From the NCBI GenBank assembly GCA_964016885.1, contig OZ024741.1:44888001-44952000 (forward strand): DNA of 64,000 nt, given 5' to 3'. Made by a program: the position numbers and the translations under genes. Numbering within the stretch: position 1 is the first letter of the stretch; each line of letters begins with the position of its first letter. Below are positions 51,047-64,000 of this stretch, piece after piece. This DNA is from Eledone cirrhosa (lineage: Eukaryota). The notes beneath the pieces were generated by a model. That model was not told the origin of the DNA. It was given only the letters and a program-made list of their open reading frames with translations, and made no database searches.

Positions 51047-53447
51047 GCTGGTGAATTCGAGAAGGAGAGGGGTGCCCTTCCCGGGTGCCCTAGGAGCGTC
51101 GGGTGGCTCAGGACTGGTGGGGTGCTTGAGTCAACCCTGGGTGGTGATCCCTCTTATTGGGGAACTTTCATTGTTGTATTTTTATTGTTATTTTGTTTTT
51201 TTGTTACTTATACTTACTCGATCTCTATGTAAACCCCCACTGTCCCTGTCTATTGTGTTGTCCCCTATATGTCGGCCCTTGTGGCCAATAAATGAAATCA
51301 TTATTATTGTTATTAATTTAATTTTGTAGGGTTTCTCAAGCAAACGAGCATGTTGCATAGTTCTGCTTCACTAAAATTATGACGACAAATTGTTTGGATA
51401 CGAAGAAATAAATCAACAAAAATAATATTTATAATTATTGCTTTAAAAATCACCCGTTTTCCAGAGAAATGCAAACAGCTAAACAGTGAATAACAGTATT
51501 TAAATAAAACAATAACCGAAGATTTAGTTTTATTTATAAATTCTTGTTTGTTTTGTGTTGTAAGGGAAAATGGTGTGGCTATCGATCTTTGAGATTTGTG
51601 TGTTGTAAAATCGAAAAATACATAATCAACCAGATATGTGTATCCATAATTGCACTCGTATCTATTCATGTATGTATGTATGTATGTATGTATGTATGTA
51701 TGTATGTATGTATGTATGTATGTATGTATGTATGTATGTATGTATGTATGTATGTATCTGTGTATGTATACACATACACACATACATATGCACATACGTA
51801 TGCACATACTCATAAAACGTAAATATCTTTAAGTCGTTTGGAAGCCTCGACAATGCAAATGGGTAAATCTCCGGGTAACAAGGTCCGGTGGTGGAGAGAG
51901 AGATGTAAGTGGGTGTACGTTGAGATGCGTGGTGTGTATAACATGTGTGAGATGTGTAGAATGAAGGGAAGAGTATAAAGGATAAAAATAAAAATAACAA
52001 CACAAGAGAGAGTTAACTTGGGAGAGATTTAATAGTCCCTATATATTTCGGATTCACATACATCAACTGGGGTTTTTTCCGGGGTGCTGATGGTGGTGAG
52101 TAGAGAGATGGCCCTAGGGCCAAGGTTACCAAAGTCCCCACATATAGGAGCTCGAATGGAAACCTATCAGAGAGCGACCGATATTTTTAGAGTTTACCCT
52201 CTTCAGCCCAAAGTGCAGCAGTGAAATCTTGGTTTGTTTTCTGGTTCTTTACATTTTCAGCTTAAATATCGCAGAGGTCAACTTAGCCTGTCATCCTTCC
52301 CGACTCGATGAAATAAATTATCAGAGAATTGCTGGGGTTGATTAATTAAATTTTCCCTGCCATTCGCTGCCATTTACCTAAATTCGAAATCAATATTTAG
52401 CATGCACAAGACTATTTTCAATATAGTAGTTTGGAGTTGTTTATTTTCCTACCTTTCAAGACAAATGCATGGCCGAACGTTATACAGTTTCCTTTCGCAA
52501 TCATTAGGTCCTATGATTGAGCTTACAGCATGTCACATTGCCAAGTTTTATGAATGAAATTTGTTATAGGGGAATTGCTTGGAATTCCGTCTGACATGCT
52601 GTAACCTGATATATATTATGTAAAACTGAATTTAGCTGGAAATTACGTAAAGGCTACACGTGTTTATGGGATACACAACCACCTAAACTATCATTGGATA
52701 TAATATATCTACAATTCAAAGGACCCGATTTCTCATGTACTTGGTCATACTGACCCCCAGCCTCCACTGAGATTTACGTTAAACGAGCACATGATTCTGG
52801 AATATTCTGCCAAATATACCTCAATGTAAAGGGCAGATTGTTTCGTTGATCGAACAAAAAGAACACTCATCTTTGTAACCAACTGTGATCCATCGACTTG
52901 AAACTAAACTGTTCATTGTATTCCTTGTAGATATTAAATATTCAAGATAATCGTTGTTTTGGGTTGATATATGGTATGTTAGACAAAATGAATAGAGAAT
53001 CGAGTTATATGAATAATACTTTTCAACACACAATGACATTTTAAATGAGTACAGATACATGTGCACCTGCTAAAGATGTCGTTAAGATCTCATTTTTTAT
53101 GTAGAGTGTGCAGTAGAAGGTAGTCAGCAAGTCGCCATTATTCTCTAAATTGTGGTCATGAGTAAATCTGAAAATAGTATTACCAACTAACATGTATACA
53201 CATCTCACATACTCCAATATATCATTTACACATTTACAACTAGCTGGAATGGAGAAAGCTACAAATTAGTCCAATATTTATTTGAACTGTATCTATCTCT
53301 TTCGTACAAAAGCTCTCAACAAACACGCACAATCATGCATACACACAATCACACACACGCACATACATACACACAGGCACACACACACACACACACACGT
53401 ATATATTTATATAAATATTTGTATACATATATAGATAGATAGATATC

Positions 53448-53992
53448 TTTCTTTATTTGAATGGGACATTACAAGACGTGACGAGGGGGCTTTTACATAA
53501 AAATCATATAACTTTAACATTAATAAATAACAATAAACTATAAAAATAAAATAACAATTGAAATCCCCAATAAGGTGGGGGCGTTACTGCAGGGTTGTTT
53601 TACACCCTGTGGATAGAACAACCCTTAACACCAGGAACACGTTTTGTAGGTGTTCCCGTCTTCCGTCTGTTTGTCTTTCTCAACCTGCAGGTTTATGTGC
53701 AGAGAAGGCCCATTCACTCGGGCGATTTTCTCCACATTCACCCACCTTTCAGCGAATTTACTGGAGTGTATCACCTCTCTCTCCACTCTCACCTTCCTTA
53801 AAGAAGGGGATAAGTTGTTGTCCGTAGAGAAAGGTGTTTGCCCTCAGTCCTTTTAACCTCGTCCACCATATTACCTCTTTCGCCATAGCCACCAGACAGA
53901 TGAAAACCTGTCATTCTTAAATGAAGGCGGTGGGGTGATCCTCAAGATGGACTCGGCTGACAACTGGATGTGTCCCACTAGATGTGTCCCAC

Positions 53993-54030
<38 letters not shown>

Positions 54031-54160
54031 TGTTTCTTTATTAGCCACAGGGGCACAAAAGAAGGGGAAAAATACAAAGGGGCAAGTTTACATACAATAA
54101 AACTGTGTAAAATACTATCACAAATGCAATTTAAAAAACAATCGTTTGCCTCAATAGGGG
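53448..54160 (-). mobile_element. Two Tx1-like 3' fragments (53448-53992, 54032-54160)
   Basis: Minus strand encodes QLSAESILRITPPPSFKN. 3' ends aataaagaaa are each followed by (TATC)n in element orientation. Confidence 0.8.
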
Positions 54161-54275
54161 GAGACAGATAGATATAGATATAGATATGTGTGTGTGTATC
54201 CCGGGCTCAATGGGGGGTAGCCACTGGAAGTAAGTTACTAATACGTAGCAGAGTAAAGATAGTTAATATAGAAAT

Positions 54276-54327
54276 GGCTCCTACTGGACTAGAACAGTTT
54301 CATTCGAAGGAAATCATCAGGAAAGCC
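54276..54327 (-). ncRNA. Minimal hammerhead motif (family of 6032-6082)
   Basis: Reverse complement reads ggctttc-CTGATGA-tttccttcgaat-GAAA-ctg-ttctagtc-cag-TA-ggagcc. Confidence 0.62.
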
Positions 54328-54818
54328 GACTGTCAATATGTTATGGTCGTATATATACATTTTCTAATGGAAGGGGAAGGTGGTGATTGGGATAGGTGGA
54401 GGTTAATGGCTGGTGGATTTTAAGAATGGGGATTCTTTGAAAAGACTTAGAAAAAAATATACTTAAAGAAAATACAGAGGAATACAAAAGCAGGCACTCC
54501 TTATTTTTAGGGTTCAATTATGCTAAGCAGACAAACAGTTTTTCTTTAGCCTTATTTGAGATTAACATGTGTTAAAGTCTAAAAAATGTTCAGGTCTTAC
54601 AATCTGACCCACACGCACGCACACACACACATACACACACACTCTCACACACACCCATACACCCATACACCCATACACCCACATGTGTACATATATATAC
54701 ATACATACATACATACAAATTTACATATACATACACATATATGTATATGTTGTATACATATGAAAAAATACACAGACACACATATTCTCATATTCTCCAT
54801 ATATTTTATATATATATA

Positions 54819-55087
54819 TATATTATAAAATAACAGGAGGCTGGACTGGTGTAATTCCTTAAAAGGACTTGAGGGCGGCCGACCGGGGTAGAAGCTGCTA
54901 AATGTTCGGTCGCCCTCATGTCTCTGATTTTCAGCCCCATGTATTCTGTCTATTATATTCCTTTGTTATATTTCAAATACCTGATGATGTCACCGAATTC
55001 ATACTGAACCCGGTCATTGAAATGATCATAGAATAATAAACCTTTTAAGGAATTACACCAGTCCAGCTTTCTGTTATGTTATAATAA
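54819..55087 (+). mobile_element. Short element with ~47-bp terminal inverted arm and hammerhead-like motif (54977-55034)
   Basis: 54821-54866 is the reverse complement of 55041-55086. CTGATGA...GAAA-tgatca-TA, then AATAAA. Stems I and II are imperfect. Confidence 0.55.
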
Positions 55088-55740
55088 TTAACTCCGTACT
55101 CGTACCACCAACTACACAAACGAAGACGGGTGAGTTGCATTACGTTGAGTGCTCCCCATAATATTAAATTGAGGTTGACCATACGGAATGACCAGTTCTA
55201 TCCAGTGGTGAACCAACAAAACTAAATAAATATATATAGCAACCAGCCCACTCGCCGTAAGGCACCAATCACCTACTTTCTGACTTGACCACTGCCACGT
55301 TAAAGTTCTTAGCCATTTTGAATTCGTTTCTGGCGGGGATCATATGAGAAAAATCTCCGTCCAAGTGAGTTTGTTTCCTGATGATTTCGAACTCGTGAAT
55401 TTATCTTTGATCGGATATTTCCAAAAAGCGAATGAAACCTCATGTGGGAGAAACATAATTTTGGTATGCTTATATATATTTTTTCTTCTAACTTTGATTT
55501 CATACCTAATTGTGTATGGTTGACGATATATTTAATCGATTTCCCCGTGCTATTAGAAATGCTGGTTAAATATTCTGTAGCTGTTGATAGCTGTCGTTTA
55601 TTTATCTATTATTTCTTCATAGGCGCCTTTTAATCTTATAGCCTTGTTTTATTGTTTTGTTTTTTTTGTGTGGTTGATTATGCTGATTGGGAGAGGAGAT
55701 GATGTATATATTTTATCAAATGATTCTATGGACATACTTT

Positions 55741-55819
<79 letters not shown>

Positions 55820-57535
55820 GGAAAAAAGATGAAATAGAAAATGCAACTGGAGTCTTTTTTTTTATATATATATTTATTTGGTTCCTTTACCGGTTTCGCA
55901 GTTCTTATGCTTTTCAAAAGTAAAGTTGAGATGGAGGATTTGGGGTTTTTCTCACATCTGGTTGGTCTTTGAATGTTTATATGGGAAAAAGTGGCTCGAA
56001 ATGCTAGGTTTTTAGAGAAGTAATTTGGTTGATTGGTGAATAGGTATAATGATTATACTTATGTATGAAATAAATAATCAATTAACCACATAAAATTATG
56101 TGAAGAACAAACAGTCTCAAACTTTTACTAATTTTTTCCTCGTAGCACAGAAAGAGTTAACTAGATAAATAATCAATAAATTCGAGCTAAGTATAATTAT
56201 AAGTGTGAAGACAAAAATACACAAAAATGCACCCCCTAAAGAAGCCTAGTTTGAAAAGTACCAGATTGGTTACTTGCAGGAATAAGACCGCCAAATCTAC
56301 AACATCATGAGATAAGAAAAAGAATCATACCGAATCGACCTCCGCGTGGGTTAACAAGAGCGCGTTAAGGCCTTAAGTAGAGGGGCATATTCGAAAAATA
56401 TATTGCAGTCTCTATTTCATGGCGTAAAATCTGACGATGGGCCTGTGACGTATCCTCGGAGGAAACGGATGGACGCCCAATGATTGCGCATCTCGAGATG
56501 CAAGGGTTCGCAAGGGAGAAAACCTTGAACTTGGAACAAATATAGAGAGACGGAGAAATAGAGAAAACTATGATCTATATATATATATGCATACATATAT
56601 GAGAAAGACCACATTTGATCAAGTATGACCAGCGAATTTGTACCTAGAAAGTTCCCCTCCGAGGCACAAGTCTCGGCAAGGTTATTTGTGGAAGACCTGC
56701 ATTGGCTATGCATACCAGTCTCCCCTCTCTACGCTAGTGATGTTGTCCAAGGGAAAGGCAAAACCCGATACAGCCTGGCAACAGGGACGTCGCAACTCAT
56801 TTCTACAGCTGAAAAAACTAGAGCAACGTCGAATGAAGTGTCATCCTGTCCAACAATCGAAATCTCTACCTCTTCATTGCAAACCCAACGCTCTAATAAC
56901 TAAGCTCTGCGCCTAATTTTAAGAAGTGTAAAAAAATCCTTCAGTCTTGTATGAGCTTGAGGTTTGCAGATTGAAAGACTCCCTCCGAGGCAAAAGCCAG
57001 GGTTGTGTGTGCTTGTGGAAGACCACCAGTCGTCTATGCATACCATTCACCACATCAACACCACCTATTTTGTTCTACGGAAAAGCAAAATAAATACAGC
57101 TTGGCAGCAGTGACGTCTAAACATATTTCTACCGATCAGTGAGTTGGAAAAACGTGAAATAAAATGTCTTGCTGAAAGACATGGCGCATCAGCCCGTCCT
57201 CGAATCGACCACACAAACTTAAGATAGTGAATCCAACTTTCTAACCACTAATCCACGCGTTTTGAGCTTGAGAAAGTCATTTATTTCACGGTATCCTACT
57301 TCCCTCAGATCTTGAAATGAGTTGCGACATCGCTTGTGCCAAGTTGTATCGGTGTTTGACTTTCCATTGAACAACATCGGTGCCGTGGAGTGGGGTAACT
57401 TGTATGCTTGGGAGGGTGCTGAACTGCCACAAAAGCAGGAAATCGCTATGCCGGGACACGTGCTTAGGCTGGGAGTTTTGTATGTGCAAATCTTATAGGC
57501 ATCCGTAACCGAAGGGAGTCGTCTTTCTTTACCTA

Positions 57536-57570
<35 letters not shown>

Positions 57571-57707
57571 AGTAACCAATAGTCCTTTTTTTTTATTTTA
57601 CTATAATACACTCTGTCTAGCTCTACACCTCGACACGAAAGTGAACCTAAACATCGAGTGCTCACACGGGTGAACCTACAGTAACTCCAATTTACATTCC
57701 CTGGATA

Positions 57708-57760
<53 letters not shown>

Positions 57761-58689
57761 GGAAAAAATGAAATTTCATTTCTCACTCTTAGTACGGCTG
57801 ATACTTAAATATAAGTCTGTATACATACATACATATATGTATACAGACGTACAGTAGTATGTGTATACATACATACATGCACACATATATATATATATAT
57901 ATGTGCGTATGGGTTTACCGAACATTTATTATAATGTTCGGTTTGTTTGTAAAAAGACAGCCCGAATTATTAGCCGTACAGTGTTCGGCAACCATCGTTG
58001 CCCTTTTTTTCAACACTGACAAAGGAACGATGAATTAGTTTCTCGCTTATTAGCTGTCATCAGCACCGTATACCTTCCTGTCAGTCGATTGAATGTATTG
58101 AAAATATACACTTGACTCATAATTTACTAAAACGTCCTTCTATCATTCTCACTCGGGAAACATTGCGTGTTGAAAACCTATATAGTTTACAAGCAGCCTG
58201 TGATTGCAGCAGCTCCCTGTAATAATTTTATATTTATTTGTATCTATGTCTCTTCCTTTGGGCAGAATGCACAAATTTGCCAACGCCGAAATATATATTT
58301 GTTTATTTGGCAGCATTCTTGTGTCAGTAAATATTGCCGAGGAAAGTTTTCAGTTAATATTTATGAGAATATATCTATAAAAGGGAAATATAAGCTATTC
58401 TATGTTCGTTAACGAATAAATCAAATTTCCTATAAAGCTACAACATAAAGTAACATTTATGATTTTCTTTCCTTTAACATTATAAAATCCTTTGATGAGA
58501 AAGAGATTGAACGTTTTCTAAAACACCGTAAGCCATATTCAATAACCTCTCTGTTTAAGCCAATCTTTCTTGTATCAGAATAATGTTACAGAGGAAATTA
58601 CACATATATATTTTATGAGTAAAGTTTTAATAGGTATAAATGAAATACTGAATAGTTAAAGAGTTAATTTTCTGTTACAACGACGTTTG

Positions 58690-58831
58690 AGTTTTGCAGA
58701 GTTACGGCCCTTTATGGTCTGAGTTCAAATCCCGCCGAGGTTAACTTTGCCTTTCATCCTTACGGGGTCGATAAAATAAAATACCAGTAATACACTGGGA
58801 TAATTGCTGGCCTTGTGCCAATAGTAGAAAC
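58690..58831 (+). mobile_element. 5'-truncated tRNA-derived SINE
   Basis: Family match. Confidence 0.85.
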
Positions 58832-59879
58832 AGTTATATTCAGTTTGCTGTGTTATAGAAATGTTACAATTTAGGTGTAGATATATCTCTATAATTTTTT
58901 CACACGGAATATCCAAGTAAATAAAAAGAACAAATTCATTTAAACCAAAGTACGAACATTCTCAATGATTTTACATTGAATGGAGATTCCAATTCACATT
59001 CTGTCAGATAAGTTTGCACTTTATGAAAACATAACATTACGAGTTAGATAGTGTATCATTAGATAGTTTTACATCAAACATTGGACCTTATTGTACTTAA
59101 AAATGTGTCTACTTTGGACCAATTCTACGACCTTGCATGATCTTAACTCGTTATCATGAATTGCTTTTAAAAATAACATTCCTTTGTAGGATGAAGATAA
59201 GAATAATTCTCCAGCGGATGCCTGGCTTTGGGATTGAACATCTATCTGCTAACGGGACTACCTGTGATCACTCAATTCAAGTTGAGCTTATAATATATGA
59301 GAGTAGGCTAAAATGTTCATATGCTGACTCTGAAGGAGTGAATCTAGAGATGTGAAATCGTTCATGCATACATTTCAATTCTTTTTATTGATAACTGCAT
59401 TACTTCTTTTAAGGGAGTACGTTGAAAAATGAACCATTCAATGGGAGTAGCTTTTTCAGCTTATAAATTTTTCAGCCGACCTTCGTTGATCAAATTAGGC
59501 GTAAATAGCAACCTGTCAGACATGACTGCCTTATTCATCAACACAAAACTTCATATTATGGAAGGTCATTCCACTTTTTACTAAGTGTGTAAGTGATGAA
59601 TGGGACTTTAGATGCATGTTAGAAATTTTGAAAACATCTCAAATATGATTACAACTCTCTGAGAGTTACTGACTGGATTTCACGAATGTGTCGAAACGAT
59701 TGCCTACATAGACGACCTGCCACCACTCTCGGTGATGGACGCGTAGTGTTACAAAATGCAGATAACAGCTACTGAAATGGGAAAACAATAACTCTCGACA
59801 AGAAAGGAAATGCACAGTTTGAATGCTGTGACATGCGGGCTGTACACGTATATGCCTTGTCTAGTGAATTATTGACAGA

Positions 59880-60295
59880 TGTGTACTACCACTGGCAATG
59901 TTACGGGAGAATTCCCAGTTCTGTGAACCCAGGAAAAGGTACCGATAAATAAGTGACCTGATTAAAACATGTTGGCCCATGATACTGCTAAACGCATAGA
60001 TTCATCCTGAATACATCCATCCAGGACAACTTCCGTCTCTTGCGATACTTCATAGAGAGTGTAGTTAAAAGAATGTGGGATTCGGATCAACAAAACAAAC
60101 GAATGACTTTGGTAATGTCAATCCTCAACAGTCATCCACGCATCTGGTTTCAGTCTCGTCTACGCGGTTTGTTTCGCTGCAATATACAGCGATATCTGAT
60201 CGGTGGTTAGAATGAACATCTACCAGTTGAAACTGTCCAATCTCATGCGCTCGATCTGTCAGGTTTATTCCCTCTCATCCCTTCTGTATTTATGG
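59880..60295 (+). pseudogene. Highly decayed Tx1-like RT relic
   Basis: cactggcaatgttacgggagaattcccagttctgtga, ccatccaggacaacttccgtctcttgcgatac and ctctcatcccttctgta align with ORF2 ~49075-49590. Confidence 0.6.
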
Positions 60296-61151
60296 TTTCA
60301 AATGTAATTACTACAGAAACTACATAATGTAGAAGTACGTCATGCACGGACTAGGATGTTTGAAGAAAAACATTTTTGAGGAGAGAATTGCGGATTATTC
60401 TTTGTCTACTCAGAGAAACTAATTACATTTGCTTTCTATTATTATTCCAGAATAAAAAAAGAACAAGTTTTTTTACAGAAAGTATATATTTTCAGTATAT
60501 CTTTCATAGTTTTGAAACTCGATGCAAGAAACTATAATGTTTAGAAAACTATAAAATGATGGTTCATATTTTTATAAACCATGAAATCTATTTTAAAAGT
60601 ATCTTTTAGTGGGAACTTTGGGCTTCATGTTTGGCATCGATTTTCTAAACCTAAATATGAATTATATTAAATATCCGAGCGTGTTATATATAGAGAGAGA
60701 CTGGGAGGTATATGTATCTAATCGAAAATGCAATGCAATGATACTTAATATAAGATTAATAACAGAAATATTATTTTCTGAACTTGAAACAACGAATTGA
60801 TACATTGCTTATCTGCAATCCATATTCTTGAACATATATACAATACAATATATATATATGCATTTCATTATAAAGGCGTGCATATTAAGGAGGTTGCCTT
60901 ATTGGTCACGTGGTATAAAGAACGAAAATAGATAAATCAGTCACTGTATCACAGGTAAATCTCCCACCTTGGGGGTATTGAAGGGTGCAATATAATAAAA
61001 CATGACAAGGAGAAAAATGAAAACAAATCTTAAAATAATTCTCAGTTGATATATGAAATTCCGAGATGTGAATGTGTAGCTGGAAAATATTTCCCACTTA
61101 ACATTCAGTCTCTACTTACGCAAAAGTGAAATTATTGCACATGCGCATTGG

Positions 61152-61262
<111 letters not shown>

Positions 61263-61267
61263 TATAT

Positions 61268-62312
61268 ATTTATTAAAATAACAGATTAAAGTTTAAGCAA
61301 AGAATCGCTGCTTTCACCCTGAACGGGATCTTCTGAAACTAACAAACTCAATCTGTAAACGCAGAAGTGGATATTTAAAAAATATATATACAAAACCACG
61401 CACATGTGTATACGGAGAGTGGCGTCTGCGTGAGAATGCAGGTTCGGACGTATGTAGGGTGTGTGTATATGTGTACTTCATGTTTTGGTTGACTTACGTC
61501 TCCGAACATTTGTGTATTTGCATATAGGTATGTGTGTACGCTTGTTATATACGTATTTATTTATTTATATACGTTTATTTAATTATTTATTTATTTGTAT
61601 ACACGCATACACACACACACATATCTATATGTGCCTGGTTTTGTATACCTATGGTAAGTTTTTTCGCGTATGCTTGTGTATGTACGTATGTGTATGCGTG
61701 TATGTATTTATTTAATTTCTATTACCTCTGTATTGTATTTATTTACTTTGTTCTTAACTCTGAAGCGGAGATTCATTCGGTCTCCTAGTTAGAATTTTAG
61801 TCTTCGACTTCTGCTATACCATTTACGTGGTTTTGTCTTTGCGTGCAATTGTTCTCCACGCTACACATATGACGTACTATCTTCGTTTTTTTCGTTCATT
61901 GCCAGAGAACGTCTCTATGAACCACCTAAGAGAACATTAGTCTACGACCTCTTTTATACCATAAACGTGGTTCTGTCTTTGCGCGTAATTGTTTTTCAAT
62001 GCTCCTATTTATGACGTATTATATTCGTTTTTTCCGTTCTTTGCCAGGGAACGTTTCCACGAACCAAAGTATCGTCTTCCTCTCTTCCTCCGGTTGCAAC
62101 GTTTTTTGAAATATCCACTTCTGCGTTTAAAGGTTGACTTTGTTAGTTTCAGAAGATCCCGTTAAGGGTGAAATCAGCGATTCTTTGCTTAAACTTTATT
62201 CTGTTATTTCAATAAATATTTGCTCTACGGTTCTTATATATTTGATATATATTTATCCTTATCGAGCCCTCTTTGGATTTTAGTCTTCAAATTTATTATT
62301 ATTACTATATAT
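61268..62312 (+). mobile_element. PLE 3' repeat (copy of ~36380-37200) with inverted 5' arm
   Basis: 61405-62218 matches ~36380-37200. 61268-61382 is the reverse complement of its end. The tail 62211-62312 recurs at ~32206-32305. Confidence 0.85.
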
Positions 62313-62530
62313 ATACTTGTATATATTCATTAGTTAAGCAAAACAAGACCACAAATTTCACAAGGAAGACATTATATAAAGATTGTCAGCACAGTTGCAT
62401 TTGGAATGAATGTAAATATAGTTTAATGTAAGGAATAATAATAATAACAATAATGTCTGTTTACAATTGTTTCGCTACTCCATATAATGTTTCTGGAACA
62501 AATGATTATAGATCATTATTGATCTGGTTC

Positions 62531-62676
62531 TATGCTTTCCAGCATAGTTACGTCCCTTTACCATCTGAGTTCAAATCCCGCCGAGGTTGACTTTGCCTTT
62601 CATCCTTACGGGGTCGATAAAATAAAGTACCAGTAATGCACTGGTAATTGCTGGCCTTGTGCCTAAAGTAGAAACA
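62531..62676 (+). mobile_element. 5'-truncated tRNA-derived SINE
   Basis: Perfect 16-bp TSD attattgatctggttc at 62515-62530 and 62677-62692. Confidence 0.92.
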
Positions 62677-62836
62677 ATTATTGATCTGGTTCAGATGAAG
62701 ATAATTAACTTAGGTAAAAATGGAGCAGTTCTTCAGAACTTCAAAAGAGATAATGAAAATATTGATAAAGGTACGAAGGAATAATGAGTATAAAGTAAGG
62801 TAAAGAAAGATCGTTACATGTATATATATATATATA

Positions 62837-63591
62837 TAAAAACAAATAACGAAACGAAATTAAATTTCGTTTCGTTTGTAACTCACTTTTGTATGACTGA
62901 CGCTTAAACAATTAAGTTAAAAATGTACATCCACATATGTATACTGAAATACTAGTATGCATATGAATACACACACGTATACATATGTAGATGTACCAAG
63001 TCTTTCACTGGTTACTTTACTGTGAGTATCCAGCTATTCTGTATGTAAACACACAGACAAACCGGTTTTTAGAGTCATACTGGTTTTTGAGGAAACACCT
63101 TTCCTCTATTCTCCAGAAAGCCAGACAAGGAATATTGAACTAGTTTCGTTGTTGTTACAACTCATCAGCAATATTTACCTATCTACGGCCTTTCTGGAGA
63201 ATCGTAAAAGCACATATCGTTATATGCTTTTACTATGAAAATTAGTAGTGGGCAGACTAATTTGCATAGAGTGTGAGTACGTACCGGCTCAACGGAGACG
63301 ATAAAAACAAATAACGAAACGAAATTAAATTTCGTTTCGTTTGTAACTCACTTTTGTATGACTGACGCTTAAACAATTAAGTTAAAAATGTACATCCACA
63401 TATGTATACTGAAATACTAGTATGCATATGAATACACACACGTATACATATCTGTTTACATACAGAATAGCTGGATACTCACAGTAAAGTAACCAGTGAA
63501 AGACTTGGTACATCTACATATGTATACGTGTGTGTATTCATATGCATACTAGTATTTCAGTATACATATGTGGATGTACATTTTTAACTTA

Positions 63592-63596
<5 letters not shown>
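62837..63596. mobile_element. Non-coding ~465-bp unit, partial tandem plus inverted arm, with hammerhead
   Basis: 62837-62984 is repeated at 63302-63449. ~63453-63596 is the reverse complement of ~62909-63050. (TA)n on both sides. Confidence 0.82.
63131..63175 (-). ncRNA. Canonical minimal type I hammerhead ribozyme
   Basis: Reverse complement reads aatattg-CTGATGA-gttg-taacaa-caac-GAAA-ctag-TT-caatatt. All stems are perfect, stem III is palindromic, cleavage triplet GUU. Confidence 0.85.
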
Positions 63597-63668
<72 letters not shown>

Positions 63669-64000
63669 TACATGAATCAAAGTTCTGTTCAAACCATTTA
63701 TTAGCTTACAATTGTTTCGTCCAAACCGAGGTTTGGATTCTTCGGAGCAATTTTTCAATGATTGTTTACATACATGACCTCCTTCCAACACAAGAGATAT
63801 ACAGAAACATATGTATATATCGATGCTCAGTGGGGTGACATCCATTATAATATTTTAGCATGGCAATTTACATTCAAAAATTAAAATCATATTAAAAGAA
63901 AATTGGATTAAAGAACAACAAGCTGTAATAATCTAACCTAATACATCAAGTATCCAATACTGAATCATCGTTGATTATGTGAAGGACATATAATCTATAT

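Larger units (their letters stand above)
45525..51296 (+). mobile_element. Full-length, apparently intact Tx1/L1-group non-LTR retrotransposon
   Basis: Two uninterrupted ORFs. Perfect 18-bp TSD ATCATTATTATTGTTATT at 45507-45524 and 51297-51314. Ends AATAAATGAA with no poly(A). Confidence 0.95.

Noticed and set aside
52821-53066. Exon-like segment with AG and GT boundaries on the minus strand
   Set aside because: All three frames contain a stop before the donor, and no homology was recognised.
56320-57520. GC-richer decayed segments that may be LINE relics
   Set aside because: No motifs could be recovered with enough confidence to assign a family.

Overview
AT-rich eukaryotic DNA, dense in microsatellites and repeats. 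The SINEs resemble those of octopod cephalopods (inference from memory, not a search). No host gene could be supported. Contents: (1) one apparently intact full-length Tx1/L1-group LINE (45525-51296; ORF1 with a zinc knuckle, ORF2 with APE, RT and a zinc finger; perfect 18-bp TSD) plus several truncated relatives that sit in (TATC)n; (2) about 10 copies of a tRNA-derived SINE whose 3' tail and ATT-starting target sites resemble those of that LINE; (3) two decayed Helitrons, two RTE-like RT relics and a hAT-like non-autonomous element; (4) two Penelope-like (PLE) GIY-YIG fragments. The most striking signal is many short, mostly non-coding fold-back or tandem elements next to (TA)n, from about 10 sequence families, each carrying a minimal type-I hammerhead ribozyme motif, some with variant cores. 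One PLE copy has a strand-specific cluster of A-to-G changes across its ribozyme, suggesting a retrotransposed ADAR-hyperedited RNA. All structures were folded and aligned by eye, and boundaries of degenerate elements are approximate.
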